Positions 19,380 through 30,861 of a stretch of 64,000 nt of DNA are shown piece after piece (position 1 is the first letter of the stretch; each line of letters starts with the position of its first letter). The position numbers and the translations under genes are program-made. The notes under the pieces are model-generated. The model was not told the origin of the DNA. It saw only the letters and a list, made by a program, of their open reading frames with translations, and did not search any database. Location of the stretch: NCBI GenBank assembly GCA_900317405.1, contig ONGP01000010.1:33273-97272 (forward strand), in the 5' to 3' direction. Origin of the DNA: an uncultured Prevotella sp. (GTDB lineage Bacteria; Bacteroidota; Bacteroidia; Bacteroidales; Bacteroidaceae).

Positions 19380-22172
19380 TTAAAGTTTCTCTTTCAGGTA
19401 TTTTCCCGTCAGACTATCCTTGCATGCTGTTACTTCTTCGGGCGTGCCCGCCACTACCAGGTTTCCGCCTTTGTCGCCTCCGTCGGGTCCTAGGTCTATC
19501 ACATGGTCGGCACATTTTATCACCTCCATATTATGCTCGATAATCAGTATGGTGTGTCCTCGGGCTATAAGAGCATCGAATGCTTTCAAGAGTCTCTGTA
19601 TATCGTGGAAATGCAAGCCTGTCGTAGGCTCGTCGAATATAAATAACGATGGCTCCTGCTTCTCTTGTCCGATGAAATATGCTAGCTTTACACGCTGGTT
19701 CTCACCACCTGATAGTGATGACGAGTTCTGACCCAGTTTGATATAACCCAAGCCAACGTCCTCTAGCGATTTCAGGCGCTTAACAATGGTCTTCTCGCCA
19801 TGTTCGTTAAAGAAATCGATAGCTTCGCTGATAGTCATGTTAAGCACGTCATCCACATTCTTTCCGTGGAAGTTTACGTCTAGAATCTCTTTCTTGAATC
19901 TATGTCCATGGCACGCTTCGCACTCTAGCACCAAATCGGCCATAAACTGCATCTCGACTGTTATCGTACCTGCACCCTTGCACTCCTCACATCTACCGCC
20001 ATCAGCGTTGAACGAAAAGTACTGCGGTGTGAATCCCATCTGTTTTGATAGCGGTTGCTCAGCGTATAGCTCACGTATAGCATCGTAGGCCTTAACGTAT
20101 GTAGCTGGGTTTGAGCGTGTGCTCTTGCCAATAGGGTTCTGGTCTACAAACTCTATGTGACGTATAGCGTCTATGTCGCCATCCAGACCCATATATTCTC
20201 CTGGCGCATCGCACGCATCGCCTAAACGTCGGCGCATAGCAGGGTAGAGTATGCCCTTTATCAGACTCGATTTTCCTGATCCTGATACACCGGTTACCAC
20301 AGTCATCACGTTTAGAGGTATTTTTACGTTGATGCCCTTAAGGTTATTCATTCGTGCCCCCTTGATTTCGATGAATCTGTTCCAAGGTCGGCGTGATGTC
20401 GGTACAGGTATTTCCTCCAGGTGTAACAGGTATTTCACAGTATAGCTCTTTGGCCACTTTTTAAGTGAAGCCTTGTTCACTTCCTTGGCATCACCATCGA
20501 ACACTACCTCACCGCCCAGTCGTCCTGCATCGGGACCGATGTCTATCAGATGGTCGGCTGCGCGCATTATGTCTTCGTCGTGCTCTACTACCACCACTGT
20601 GTTGCCAAGCGACTGCAGTTCCTTAAGTACATGTATCAGTCGGTCGGTATCTCTAGAGTGTAGTCCGATACTAGGCTCGTCTAGGATGTACAGCGAGCCT
20701 ACTAGCGAACTACCGAGCGATGTACACAGGTTGATGCGCTGGCTCTCTCCACCCGACAGCGAGTTTGACAGACGGTTTAGTGTAAGGTATCCCAGACCAA
20801 CATCCAGTAAGAACTGTAGTCTGTTCTTTATTTCTGTCAACAGACGCTTTCCTATTTCAGCATCATGCTGGTCAAGTTCTAGATGCTCAAACCAGTCTTT
20901 CACCTTTACCACAGGCATCTGTACAAGGTCGGTAATGCTTCGCCCGCCTATCTTTACGTAGTCGGCTTCGGGTTTCAGACGCGTACCATGACACTTCGGA
21001 CAGTTTGTCTTGCCGCGATATCTAGCCAGCATCACTCTGTATTGTATCTTATACTGGTTCTCCTGTACCATCTCGAAGAAAGTGTCTATACAAGGTCGCT
21101 CCTTCTTACCCTTGTCAGATGGTAGTCCGTGCCACAGCCAGTCCTTGTGTTTCTGACTCAGGTTCATGTATGGCTCAAAGATTGGGAAGTCGTCTTTTGC
21201 GGCATTGCGGCAGAACCACTCCAACCATTCCTTCATTCTTTCGCCGTGCCAGCATACCACGCATCCGTCGTAAACAGATAACGTAGTGTTGGGAATTACC
21301 AGTTTCTCATCGATGCCGATTATTCGTCCGAATCCCTGACACTCTGGACATGCTCCTGCAGGCGAGTTAAACGAGAACATCTGGTCTGTAGGCTCTTCGA
21401 ATGTCATTCCATCAGCTTCGAACTTCATAGAGAAGTCGTAGAAGATGGTTGGTGGGAACAGTAGTCTCAACTCACCATGTCCCTCGTAGAACGCCGTCTC
21501 GGCCGAATCTACTAGTCGGGCTATAACATCCTTTGTGTCATCTACCGACATACGGTCGATGACTAGATAGATTTCTTCTTCGTTAAACTTACCTGCTGCC
21601 AGATAGTCATCTATCCTCTGAAAATCGTTGTTTACGTAGATACGTGCGTAACCTTCCAGCTGATAGGTCTTCAGCTGCTGTTCCATAGTGCGCCCCTCGT
21701 GCAGATGGATAGGAGCCATCACCACAAATCGCGTACCCTTTGAGAACTCCAGCATTTTCTGCACAACGTCCTCAGTAGAATGCTTCTTTACCTCGCATCC
21801 ACTTATAGGCGAGTATGTATGACCTATGCGGGCAAACAACAGTCGCAGATACTCGTATATCTCAGTGCTTGTGCCCACAGTGCTTCGTGGATTTCTTGAT
21901 ATCACCTTCTGTTCGATGGCGATAGCTGGCGGTATACCGCGTATGAAGTCGCACTCAGGTTTGTTCATTCTTCCAAGAAACTGTCGGGCATAGCTCGACA
22001 GACTCTCTACATAACGGCGTTGGCCTTCGGCATACAATGTGTCGAAGGCCAAAGAAGATTTGCCGGAGCCACTGACTCCGGCAATTACTACGAATTGGTT
22101 TCTGGGAATCTTTACATCAATGTTCTTTAGATTATTGACTTTTGCCCCTTTTATCTCTATTGAATCATTCAT
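19380..22172 (-). CDS. uvrA: Excinuclease ABC subunit A
   Basis: Two GVSGSGKSS Walker A motifs, LSGGE signatures, Zn fingers, AEGQRRYVESLS. Confidence 0.95.
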   Translation of the reverse strand: MNDSIEIKGAKVNNLKNIDVKIPRNQFVVIAGVSGSGKSSLAFDTLYAEGQRRYVESLSSYARQFLGRMNKPECDFIRGIPPAIAIEQKVISRNPRSTVGTSTEIYEYLRLLFARIGHTYSPISGCEVKKHSTEDVVQKMLEFSKGTRFVVMAPIHLHEGRTMEQQLKTYQLEGYARIYVNNDFQRIDDYLAAGKFNEEEIYLVIDRMSVDDTKDVIARLVDSAETAFYEGHGELRLLFPPTIFYDFSMKFEADGMTFEEPTDQMFSFNSPAGACPECQGFGRIIGIDEKLVIPNTTLSVYDGCVVCWHGERMKEWLEWFCRNAAKDDFPIFEPYMNLSQKHKDWLWHGLPSDKGKKERPCIDTFFEMVQENQYKIQYRVMLARYRGKTNCPKCHGTRLKPEADYVKIGGRSITDLVQMPVVKVKDWFEHLELDQHDAEIGKRLLTEIKNRLQFLLDVGLGYLTLNRLSNSLSGGESQRINLCTSLGSSLVGSLYILDEPSIGLHSRDTDRLIHVLKELQSLGNTVVVVEHDEDIMRAADHLIDIGPDAGRLGGEVVFDGDAKEVNKASLKKWPKSYTVKYLLHLEEIPVPTSRRPWNRFIEIKGARMNNLKGINVKIPLNVMTVVTGVSGSGKSSLIKGILYPAMRRRLGDACDAPGEYMGLDGDIDAIRHIEFVDQNPIGKSTRSNPATYVKAYDAIRELYAEQPLSKQMGFTPQYFSFNADGGRCEECKGAGTITVEMQFMADLVLECEACHGHRFKKEILDVNFHGKNVDDVLNMTISEAIDFFNEHGEKTIVKRLKSLEDVGLGYIKLGQNSSSLSGGENQRVKLAYFIGQEKQEPSLFIFDEPTTGLHFHDIQRLLKAFDALIARGHTILIIEHNMEVIKCADHVIDLGPDGGDKGGNLVVAGTPEEVTACKDSLTGKYLKEKL

Positions 22173-22175
22173 TCA

Positions 22176-23615
22176 TTACAAAATACTCTTAACGGCCTCG
22201 AGCATGCCTACGCTCTTGATGAGGTCGAGATCCTGCTTCACCATGGCGTTCAGTCCAGGAATCTTGTTCAGATCCTCCTGCCAAATGAAGTCGGCGCCTA
22301 ACACACCATCAGCAACCTTCTGCGTGTCGCCTGTAGCCCAGAGTTCCTTCAGCAGGTCCATTATCTTCTGGTCGTCGTTTGGTACAATCTCAACACCGTC
22401 CTCACGTTTGCCACCCTTGTAGTAGGTAATGATAGCTGCCAGACCGAATACCAGTCCCTTAGGCAGCTCACCCTTGCGCTCCAGATATGTTTTCACTCCT
22501 GGCAGGTCGCGAGCCTGGAACTTGGGGAATGAGTTCAGCATGATGCTAGTTACCTGGTGGTCAACGTATGGGTTGTCGAAACGTTCCAGCACGTCGCCAG
22601 CAAACTTCTCAAGCTCCTCCATTGGCAGGTCAAGTGTCTGCATCAGCTCTTCGAACTGTACCTTGTGGATATACTTACCGATAACCTCGTGGTTGCATGC
22701 ATCACGAACGATGTTTACGCCACTCAGGAATGCCACAGGGCTCAGTACGGTGTGAGGACCATTCAGCAGTGTAACCTTACGCTTGTGGTATGGCTCCTCT
22801 GATGGTACGAACAGTACGTGCAGTCCAGCCTTGTCAGCAGGGAACTCCTGTGCCACCTCTTTTGGAGCTTCGATTACCCACAGGTGGAAGTTCTCAGCCT
22901 GTACTACCAGGTTGTCGCGATAGCAGATCTTCTCCTGGATTTCCTTTATCTCATTACGTGGGAATCCTGGAACGATACGGTCTACGAGTGTAGCGTATAC
23001 GCCGCAAGCCTCTTCGAACCATTTCTTGAAGTCGTCACCAAGGTTCCACAGTTCTATATACTTATAAATGCAATCCTTCAGCACATGGCCGTTCAGGAAT
23101 ATCAACTCGCATGGGAAGATGATGAGTCCCTTAGTCTTGTCGCCGTTGAATGTCTGATAACGACGATACAACAACTGAACCAGTTTGCCTGGATAGCTGC
23201 TTGCTGGAGCATCCTCCAGTTTGCATGATGGGTCGAACGCAATACCAGCCTCGGTAGTATTTGATATAACGAAACGGATCTCTGGCTGATCAGCCAAAGC
23301 CATAAATGCTGCGTTCTGTGTATAAGGATTCAGTGCACGGCTGATTACGTCGATACGCTCCAGTGTGTTAACGGGCTTGCCGTTCTCACGTCCCTGCAGG
23401 TTTACATGATACAGACAGTCTTGAGCGTTCAACCAGTCTACCATACCTTTCTCGATAGGCTGTACTACTACTACCGAACCATTGAAGTCGGTTTTCTGGT
23501 CCATGTTCCAGATAATCCAATCAACAAATGCGCGGAGGAAATTACCTTCGCCAAACTGAATCACCTTCTCAGGCATTACGCTCTTAGGAGCAAACTGTTT
23601 GTTTAGTGGTTTCAT
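22176..23615 (-). CDS. uxaB: Tagaturonate (altronate) reductase
   Basis: IQFGEGNFLRAF, SNTTEAGI, LVDRIVPG, LLNGPH, RFDNP. Confidence 0.93.
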   Translation of the reverse strand: MKPLNKQFAPKSVMPEKVIQFGEGNFLRAFVDWIIWNMDQKTDFNGSVVVVQPIEKGMVDWLNAQDCLYHVNLQGRENGKPVNTLERIDVISRALNPYTQNAAFMALADQPEIRFVISNTTEAGIAFDPSCKLEDAPASSYPGKLVQLLYRRYQTFNGDKTKGLIIFPCELIFLNGHVLKDCIYKYIELWNLGDDFKKWFEEACGVYATLVDRIVPGFPRNEIKEIQEKICYRDNLVVQAENFHLWVIEAPKEVAQEFPADKAGLHVLFVPSEEPYHKRKVTLLNGPHTVLSPVAFLSGVNIVRDACNHEVIGKYIHKVQFEELMQTLDLPMEELEKFAGDVLERFDNPYVDHQVTSIMLNSFPKFQARDLPGVKTYLERKGELPKGLVFGLAAIITYYKGGKREDGVEIVPNDDQKIMDLLKELWATGDTQKVADGVLGADFIWQEDLNKIPGLNAMVKQDLDLIKSVGMLEAVKSIL

Positions 23616-23728
23616 TTTTCTAATATTGTTTTAATTGTTATTACTTGCGAGTGCAAAGATAGACTTATTTTACGAAACCTCCAAATTTATATTCACTAAA
23701 TCCTTAAAAAAACACGAAAACCTTTGCG

Positions 23729-24322
23729 CTAGATTTTGTTGATATCTACGTACCCATGCATCACGGCATAGATGGTAAGTGCCGATACACTCTTCATGCC
23801 GAGCTTGTCCATAATGTTCTTGCGATGGGTGATGACTGTAGCTAGACCGATGTTCAGTTTGTCGGCTATCTCCTTGTTGATGTATCCCTGTACTATCAGC
23901 GACATCACCTCTATCTCTCTGTCGGATAGAATCTTCTTGCTCAGTGCTGCTGGCATAGCTGGCAGATTCTTGCCTTTGCCGTGTGCGTGTTGTTCCAGCA
24001 TCAGCAGCGATCGTACAAGTTCCGACTCTGGTACGTTTGTACACAGGCAGTGGAAGTCTGACAGCTGCGACATGGTGTCGAGCGATAGTGTTAACACGAT
24101 AGTTTTTCGCTTGCGTTCGTTGAAGAACTGCATGTTCTCCAGTACCACAGCCATTGCCGAGAAATAGTGGAAATAGCTGTCGGCATCGTTGGCCTGCAAC
24201 TCTGATACCGATCCGAATGTGTCAACCGTCATTATCGGCATCACATTCTGTAGGATAGCTTTCAACCCCAATGCCGATAGGGTATTGGGGTCGATTATTG
24301 CTATCTTGGGTCTATTCGTCAT
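23729..24322 (-). CDS. LuxR C-terminal HTH regulator
   Basis: LSDREIEV...NKEIADKL...TVITHRKNI. Confidence 0.88.
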   Translation of the reverse strand: MTNRPKIAIIDPNTLSALGLKAILQNVMPIMTVDTFGSVSELQANDADSYFHYFSAMAVVLENMQFFNERKRKTIVLTLSLDTMSQLSDFHCLCTNVPESELVRSLLMLEQHAHGKGKNLPAMPAALSKKILSDREIEVMSLIVQGYINKEIADKLNIGLATVITHRKNIMDKLGMKSVSALTIYAVMHGYVDINKI

Positions 24323-25485
24323 GATAAGAATCCTAATAATGCGCCTGCTGCTACAGCCGATCCGATGACACCAGCCACGTTAGGACCCATAGCGTGCATC
24401 AGCAGGAAGTTATGACGGTCGTATTCCAGACCGAGGTTGTTACTAATACGTGCTGCCATTGGCACGGCGCTCACACCTGCGTTGCCGATAAGCGGATTTA
24501 GTTTCTTGCTTTCAGGTAGGAACAGGTTCATCAACTTAACAAAACATACACCCGATGCTGTGGCAATCATAAATGCCATGGCTCCCAGGGCAAATATCTT
24601 GATGGTGTTGAATGTCAGGAACTCGCTAGCCTGTGTAGAACATCCCACGGTAAGTCCCAGCAGCATCACTACTATATCGTTTAGAGCTGCACCGGCAGTT
24701 TTAGCCAGACGTGTTGTCTTGCCGCTTTCTTTCAGCAGATTACCAAAGAACAACATACCCAGCAGGGGCAGACCTGAAGGCACGATGAATGTGGTGAGTA
24801 GCAGTCCGATGATTGGGAACAGGATGCGCTCTGTCTGCGATACCTCACGTCCAGGCTTCATCTTTATTACACGTTCCTTCTTAGTGGTAAGCAGTCGCAT
24901 GATGAATGGCTGTATCACAGGTACCAGTGCCATATAGCTATATGCACACACAGCGATAGCACCCATCAGGTTAGGCGAAAGCTTAGAGCTTAAGAAGATG
25001 GCAGTAGGACCATCGGCACCACCAATGATAGCGATACCTGCAGCCTGTGATGGCTCGAATCCCATGGCTAGTGCCACCATATAGGCTCCAAAGATACCAA
25101 ACTGTGCAGCAGCGCCTATCAGCATTAACTTTGGATTAGCCAGCAGTGCAGTAAAGTCGGTCATAGCACCGATGCCAAGGAATATTAGTGGTGGATACCA
25201 GCCTTGGCGCACACCTTGATAGAAGATGTTAAGTACCGAGTTGTCCTCGTACAGTCCTATTTCAAGTCCAGCATCTGCACGGAAGGGGATGTTGCCTAGT
25301 ATGATGCCCAGTCCGATGGGGACGAGCAACAGAGGCTCAAAGTCTTTCTTGATGGCGAGCCAGATAAAGAAGGCTCCCACCGCAATCATGATAATATTTC
25401 CTACCGTAGCATTAGCAAAAGCTGTATAGGTAAGAAACTCATGAAAGTTCTGTATGATAAACTGTCCTAAATCCATAATTGTCAA
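24319..25485 (-). CDS. Na+-translocating decarboxylase beta subunit (OadB/MmdB family)
   Basis: FEPLLL, IIGGADGPT, AYSYMALVP, NAGVSAVP, MGPNVAGVIGSA. Confidence 0.93.
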   Translation of the reverse strand: MTIMDLGQFIIQNFHEFLTYTAFANATVGNIIMIAVGAFFIWLAIKKDFEPLLLVPIGLGIILGNIPFRADAGLEIGLYEDNSVLNIFYQGVRQGWYPPLIFLGIGAMTDFTALLANPKLMLIGAAAQFGIFGAYMVALAMGFEPSQAAGIAIIGGADGPTAIFLSSKLSPNLMGAIAVCAYSYMALVPVIQPFIMRLLTTKKERVIKMKPGREVSQTERILFPIIGLLLTTFIVPSGLPLLGMLFFGNLLKESGKTTRLAKTAGAALNDIVVMLLGLTVGCSTQASEFLTFNTIKIFALGAMAFMIATASGVCFVKLMNLFLPESKKLNPLIGNAGVSAVPMAARISNNLGLEYDRHNFLLMHAMGPNVAGVIGSAVAAGALLGFLS

Positions 25486-25506
25486 CTATCAATTATAAAC
25501 TATCAA

Positions 25507-25968
25507 CTATCCGATTGTCATTAGGACAGATCCTTCCATCACGCTCTCTCCAGGCTTTACAGTGATAGAGGTTACGGTGCCAGCATACTCGCTTTCGATG
25601 TTGTTCTGCATCTTCATCGCCTCGAGCACCAGCACCACGTCGCCCTGCTTCACAGTGTCGCCTACGTTCACCTTAACCTCGGTGATAGTTCCTGGCAGCG
25701 GAGCCTTGATTGCAGAACCAGTTCCTGCAGGTGCAGGCTTGTCGGCAGCTGGAGCTGCAGCAGGTGTCACTGCTGGGCGTGCCACTGTTTTCGGAGCCTC
25801 TACGTGTACCTTCTTCAGCGTGCTTGTTGGGTTGATGGGCTGCTTCAGTTCTACGTCGAAGCGAACACCATTAACAACAACTTTGGCTACGTTGCCCTCT
25901 ACTTCTTCTATCTCTACGTCGTAATCTATGCCTTGTACTTTATACTGATACTTATTCATAATGTTCAA
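25507..25968 (-). CDS. Biotin carboxyl carrier subunit of the decarboxylase
   Basis: EAMKM biotinylation motif; Ala/Pro linker. Confidence 0.92.
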   Translation of the reverse strand: MNIMNKYQYKVQGIDYDVEIEEVEGNVAKVVVNGVRFDVELKQPINPTSTLKKVHVEAPKTVARPAVTPAAAPAADKPAPAGTGSAIKAPLPGTITEVKVNVGDTVKQGDVVLVLEAMKMQNNIESEYAGTVTSITVKPGESVMEGSVLMTIG

Positions 25969-26990
25969 TGGATTTCTGGGGTTGTTGGGATTTTGGGTGC
26001 GTTATGCATTGTTGGGATAACCGGCTTCGAGAAGTGAGTCATCTGACTACCTTCGTCTGCCCATCCCGTCTCGCGTGCCTTGATGGTGATGATACCGCTT
26101 TCTACATCGTGTACATCGTCCTGATACTGTTTGAGTGCCATTGATATTACAGCGATGTAAACTTCCTTATCGATACCCTTGGTCTTCAGACCGTCTTGTA
26201 GTATGTTACCCGTGGCATGAGCCAGATCGTGAGTCACCTCTACTGTCTTAGTGATAGGCTTGATGGGCTGGGTGTTAACCACCTTCTTGGCTGTCTCGAT
26301 GTTGCGCATAATCAGACCAAATACCCAGAATGTAAGGAAGAGCACTGCCAGACAGAAGAATACGATACCCATGGCAAGCAGAGTGATACCGAATCCGTGT
26401 GGATCCTCGCGTTTCAGATAGGCATCCTTTGTCTCATCGGTTTTGATGAAGTTCTCTGTGCCAGGTGTCACGTTTGCTGCCGATTTTACACTCCATGTGT
26501 TGGCTGTCATACGTGCATAGCTCTGATCTGCAGCCAGTGCAGGAATGCTTACTGAATCGATAAGTTCAGTGGCATTACCATTGAAGAATCCCAGCCAGAG
26601 AGGCTCCGACATGGGAACGTTGAGAGACAGATGCAACTTACTCTGTGCAGGGTTTGAGTTGCAATAGAAGATTAAGTGCTGGCGTCCGCCAATCTGCGTA
26701 CGAGGATCACCGCTGGGAATCACACTCATACGCTTTATGCGCTCGGGAACACTCATCTGCGGGTCGAGTACAGACTTGTCAGTAGTAAAATACATACCAC
26801 GCACGTTGTAGGTTGTGAACGAGGTGTTCTCCAACTCTATCCATGCGTGGCACTGTCCGTAATCGTCCTGAATGCTGGCGGTATTGTTGGTCAGCACCTC
26901 GTTTATGCGAATGTTTTTGGCTCCCTGTGCCATCATCGCCGAAGTGCTTACCAGCAATAGTCCGCTTAGCAGGATTTTGGTTCTTTTCAT
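25965..26990 (-). CDS. OadG-family (gamma/delta) subunit with N-terminal lamin-tail-like domain
   Basis: Signal peptide, IRINEV...WIEL (LTD-like), TM segment GITLLAMGIVF, IAVISMAL; start set at MKRTK. Confidence 0.75.
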   Translation of the reverse strand: MKRTKILLSGLLLVSTSAMMAQGAKNIRINEVLTNNTASIQDDYGQCHAWIELENTSFTTYNVRGMYFTTDKSVLDPQMSVPERIKRMSVIPSGDPRTQIGGRQHLIFYCNSNPAQSKLHLSLNVPMSEPLWLGFFNGNATELIDSVSIPALAADQSYARMTANTWSVKSAANVTPGTENFIKTDETKDAYLKREDPHGFGITLLAMGIVFFCLAVLFLTFWVFGLIMRNIETAKKVVNTQPIKPITKTVEVTHDLAHATGNILQDGLKTKGIDKEVYIAVISMALKQYQDDVHDVESGIITIKARETGWADEGSQMTHFSKPVIPTMHNAPKIPTTPEIH

Positions 26991-27055
26991 TTTGTTTGTT
27001 GGTGTATTATTATTAGTTCTAGATTCTCTAGTTAGTCTAGTTCTTAGCTGCGGCA

Positions 27056-28747
27056 TCAGCCGCAGAAGAACAAGACTACTATCTGTGCAGTAAATATTCT
27101 CAGGAACATCGCCAGTGGATAAACCGTAGAGTATCCCAGTGCAGGTGCCTCCTTCGAACAGATACTGTTAGCGTAAGCCAGTGCAGGTGGATCAGTATAT
27201 GTACCAGCTATCATACCTGCCAGTGTAAAGTAGTTGAAACCAAACTTCCATCGTGCGATAGGACCTACAATCAGGATTGGGATGATTGTGATGAGGAAAC
27301 CTGTCAGTACATAGAGCAGTCCGTCGCCCTGAACTACGGTCTCAAAGAATCCTGCTCCAGCCTTGATACCTACCGATGCAAGGAATAGTACCAGGCCGAT
27401 CTCGCGCAGCATCATGTTTGCCGATGTAGTGGTATAGGTCACCAAATGAATCTTATAGCCATAACGACCGATAAGGATAGCGATAATCAGTGGGCCACCA
27501 GCCAGACCAAGCTTAACAGGTACAGGCATACCTGGGATAGCTACTGGGAACATACCGAAGATAAGTCCGATGAAGATACCCACGAAGATTGTTGCTATGT
27601 TAGGTGCATCCAGTCGGCGGATAGAGTTACCCATCTTGCTGGCTACATTGTCTACAGCGTCCTCTGGACCTACTACCATGATGCGGTCGCCCACCTGCAG
27701 TGGCAGTGTTGGCGATGCGAAGATGTCCATGCCATGACGTGTCACACGGGTTACGTTCACACCGTGTACGCTCGAGAAGTGGAGCGATGCTAGTGTCTTA
27801 CCGTTCACCTTAGGATTGGTGATGACGATACGCTTTGATACCATTGGCTGATCCTGCTGCTCAAAGTCGATGTCGAGCTTAGGACCGATAAAGGCTGTGA
27901 TAGCCTCCTGGTCGGCTTCGGCGCATACGATAAGCATCTGGTCGCCCAGGTGGAATATAGTGTCCTTGTTAGGGATAAACAACTCGCCCTCGTGCACCAG
28001 TCGTGATACCACAAAGTCGCGGTTCAGGAAGTCGTGCACCTGCAGCAGAGTCTTTCCCTCCAGATACTTGTTTGTTACCTCAAGGTGCATCTTGTAAGGC
28101 TTCTTGTTGGCGTTTGTCTCGTCCATAGCCTCCAGCTGGTGCTCCTCCTTATCCAGCTTAATCTTGCATATATACCTTATTAATATAATAGCTCCGATGA
28201 TACCGAGCACACCCAGAGGGTATGCACAGGCATAAGCCGATGCAATCTGTGGAGCGTTGCTTCCGAATACTGTAGAGAGTGCCTCGTTGGCAGCACCAAG
28301 TCCAGGAGTGTTAGTCACGGCACCATATAGAGTACCAACCATCATAGGCAGATTGGTCACGTTGCTAGTGTCGAAGAAGATGTAGTAGCAAGCAAACATC
28401 ACCAGGATGTTTAGCAGAATGGCACTCGCAGCCACTCCGTTGAGCTTGATACCCTGTGTTCCAAAACTCTCAAAGAATCCTGGACCCACCTGCAGACCGA
28501 TCATGAATACAAAGAGGATAAGTCCGAAGTCCTGTATGAATGTCAGGATTGGGGTAGGGGCTGTAAAGCCGATGTGTCCGGCCAGAATACCGGCGAAAAG
28601 TACAAAGGTTACACCAAGTGAAACACCAAATAACTTAATTTTTCCTAGGTAGACTCCGATTGCTATCACAATAGCATAGAGCAGCACGATATGTGCCACC
28701 GAGTCAGTTGTCGTAAAAAGGTCCTTTAACCACTGAAATGATTCCAT
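27056..28747 (-). CDS. AspT/YidE/YbjL-family transporter with two TrkA-C domains
   Basis: [32 protein letters not shown]. Confidence 0.88.
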   Translation of the reverse strand: MESFQWLKDLFTTTDSVAHIVLLYAIVIAIGVYLGKIKLFGVSLGVTFVLFAGILAGHIGFTAPTPILTFIQDFGLILFVFMIGLQVGPGFFESFGTQGIKLNGVAASAILLNILVMFACYYIFFDTSNVTNLPMMVGTLYGAVTNTPGLGAANEALSTVFGSNAPQIASAYACAYPLGVLGIIGAIILIRYICKIKLDKEEHQLEAMDETNANKKPYKMHLEVTNKYLEGKTLLQVHDFLNRDFVVSRLVHEGELFIPNKDTIFHLGDQMLIVCAEADQEAITAFIGPKLDIDFEQQDQPMVSKRIVITNPKVNGKTLASLHFSSVHGVNVTRVTRHGMDIFASPTLPLQVGDRIMVVGPEDAVDNVASKMGNSIRRLDAPNIATIFVGIFIGLIFGMFPVAIPGMPVPVKLGLAGGPLIIAILIGRYGYKIHLVTYTTTSANMMLREIGLVLFLASVGIKAGAGFFETVVQGDGLLYVLTGFLITIIPILIVGPIARWKFGFNYFTLAGMIAGTYTDPPALAYANSICSKEAPALGYSTVYPLAMFLRIFTAQIVVLFFCG

Positions 28748-28978
28748 AAATAAATCTAAATAATACCTATTCTTTATAAATTCTCAAATTTCGAGTGCAA
28801 AGTTACTCAAAAAATGCTCATCTTTTGCATTTTTGTGCATCAAATTTCGTATAAATGATGATTTTTTATTTCTTTCACACTTCAAAACGCCTTTTTGACC
28901 AAAAAAGTTGTAAATTTGTCCGCTGATAATGGTATAAACTTAAAACATAACTTATATAATATTAAACGTAACAAATCT

Positions 28979-30841
28979 ATGGCAAACAAAGAAAAACTCT
29001 TTACCGAGTTCGCTGCGCCTACCCGTCAGGAATGGCTCGACAAAATCGAGGTCGACCTGAAAGGTGCCGACTTCCAGAAGCGACTGGTATGGAGAACAAA
29101 CGAAGGTTTTAATGTACAGCCCTTCTATCGCCGTGAAGACCTGGCGAACCTGAAAACACCCGATGCTCTCCCAGGAGAGTTCCCATTCGTGCGTGGAAAC
29201 AAGAAGGACTCTAACGAGTGGTACGTACGCCAGAATATCGAGGCTGCCGATCCTAAGGCTGCTAATGCCAAGGCTCTCGATATCCTTAATAAGGGCGTCG
29301 ATTCGCTTGGATTCCACATTCCTGGCAAGTTGGTTTCGATGGATACTGTCGAGACTCTGCTCGATGGCATTTACTGCGAGTGCATTGAGGTTAACTTCTC
29401 TACCTGTCAGCGTCATTCGCTCGAACTGGCTGAGATACTGAAGGCTTATTGGCAGAAGAAGGGCTATGATAAGGAGAAGATAGTTGGTTCTATCGAGTGG
29501 GACCCAATGAAGAAGATGGTACTCAAAGGCAAAGATGTATCGCCTGTGCTCGCATTCGGGCCTAAGTTGGCCGAGTCGCTTAAGGACTATCCCAACTTCC
29601 GTAGTATCATCGTTCATAGCGATGCACTCAACAATGCCGGTGCTTATATCGTGCAGGAGTTGGGCTATGCACTTGCTTGGGGTAACGAGTACCTGCAGCA
29701 GCTCACCGATGCTGGTGTAGATGCCGACCTTGCAGCTAAGAGCATCAAGTTTAATATGGGCGTAAGCGAGAACTACTTCATGGAGATAGCCAAGTTCCGT
29801 GCTGCACGCCTGTTGTGGGCTCAGATTGTTAAGCAGTACGAGCCTAAGTGCGACTGCGCTTGCAAGATGATTATCAACGCTACCACCTCTACTTACAACC
29901 AGACTGTATTCGATAGCTACGTCAATCTGCTCCGTTCGCAGACCGAGGCTATGAGTGCTGCTCTGGGTAGTGTACACTCTATGGTTGTAACACCGTTCGA
30001 TGCTCCTTACGAGGAGGCTACCGACTTCTCTGAGCGTATCGCCCGCAACCAGCAGTTGCTGATTAAGGAGGAGAGCCACTTCGATCGTATCGTCGACCCA
30101 TCTGCAGGTTCTTACTACATCGAGCACCTCACCGATGCTCTTGCCACAGAGGCTTGGAAGATATTCCTGAAGGTAGAGGATGAGGGTGGATTCCTCGCTG
30201 CCATCAAGGCTGGAACCATCCAGGACGATATCAACGCTACCAACGTTAAGCGTCATGGCGATGCTGCCAAGCGTAAGGAGTTCCTGCTTGGTACCAACCA
30301 GTTCCCTAACTTCACCGAGAAGAGCGAGGGCAAGCGTGCCTACAAGCATCAGTGCGGTTGTGGTGGTGTGCACCATCAGGGTGAAGAGAGCGTTGCCTTC
30401 AAGGCAATCGAGACTACTCGTCTGGCTGCCGACTTCGAGGATCTGCGCATCCATACCGAAGAGACCAAGGTTCCTACAGCCTTTATGCTCACCATTGGTA
30501 ATCTGGCCATGCGTCAGGCCCGTGCACAGTTCTCGTGCAACTTCCTGGCTTGTGCAGGATACAAGGTGATTGATAACCTCGGATTCAAGACTGTCGAAGA
30601 GGGTGTTGATGCTGCTCTTGAGGCTAAGGCCGACATTGTAGTCATCTGCTCTAGCGATGACGAGTATGCAGAATACGCTATCCCTGCCTTCAAGTACTTG
30701 AATGGTCGTGCCATGTTTGTTGTAGCCGGTGCTCCTGCTTGTATGGAGGATCTTAAGGCTGCAGGCATCGAGAACTTTGTTCACGTAAAGTGTAACGTGC
30801 TCGAGACTTTGAAAGAATATAATCAGAAACTTGGTATCTAA
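28979..30841 (+). CDS. mutA: Methylmalonyl-CoA mutase small subunit
   Basis: Homologous to MCM but lacks the B12-ligating DxH; LLRSQTE, DPSAGSYYIE, ICSSDDEY; start set at MANKEK. Confidence 0.92.
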   Translation: MANKEKLFTEFAAPTRQEWLDKIEVDLKGADFQKRLVWRTNEGFNVQPFYRREDLANLKTPDALPGEFPFVRGNKKDSNEWYVRQNIEAADPKAANAKALDILNKGVDSLGFHIPGKLVSMDTVETLLDGIYCECIEVNFSTCQRHSLELAEILKAYWQKKGYDKEKIVGSIEWDPMKKMVLKGKDVSPVLAFGPKLAESLKDYPNFRSIIVHSDALNNAGAYIVQELGYALAWGNEYLQQLTDAGVDADLAAKSIKFNMGVSENYFMEIAKFRAARLLWAQIVKQYEPKCDCACKMIINATTSTYNQTVFDSYVNLLRSQTEAMSAALGSVHSMVVTPFDAPYEEATDFSERIARNQQLLIKEESHFDRIVDPSAGSYYIEHLTDALATEAWKIFLKVEDEGGFLAAIKAGTIQDDINATNVKRHGDAAKRKEFLLGTNQFPNFTEKSEGKRAYKHQCGCGGVHHQGEESVAFKAIETTRLAADFEDLRIHTEETKVPTAFMLTIGNLAMRQARAQFSCNFLACAGYKVIDNLGFKTVEEGVDAALEAKADIVVICSSDDEYAEYAIPAFKYLNGRAMFVVAGAPACMEDLKAAGIENFVHVKCNVLETLKEYNQKLGI

Positions 30842-30861
30842 AAATATAGGAGACTTGAATT

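Noticed and set aside
28952-30784. 610-aa antisense ORF (likewise 48866-50809, 40428-41546, 988-1893, 35616-36527)
   Set aside because: Shadows of well-supported genes on the opposite strand, caused by codon bias
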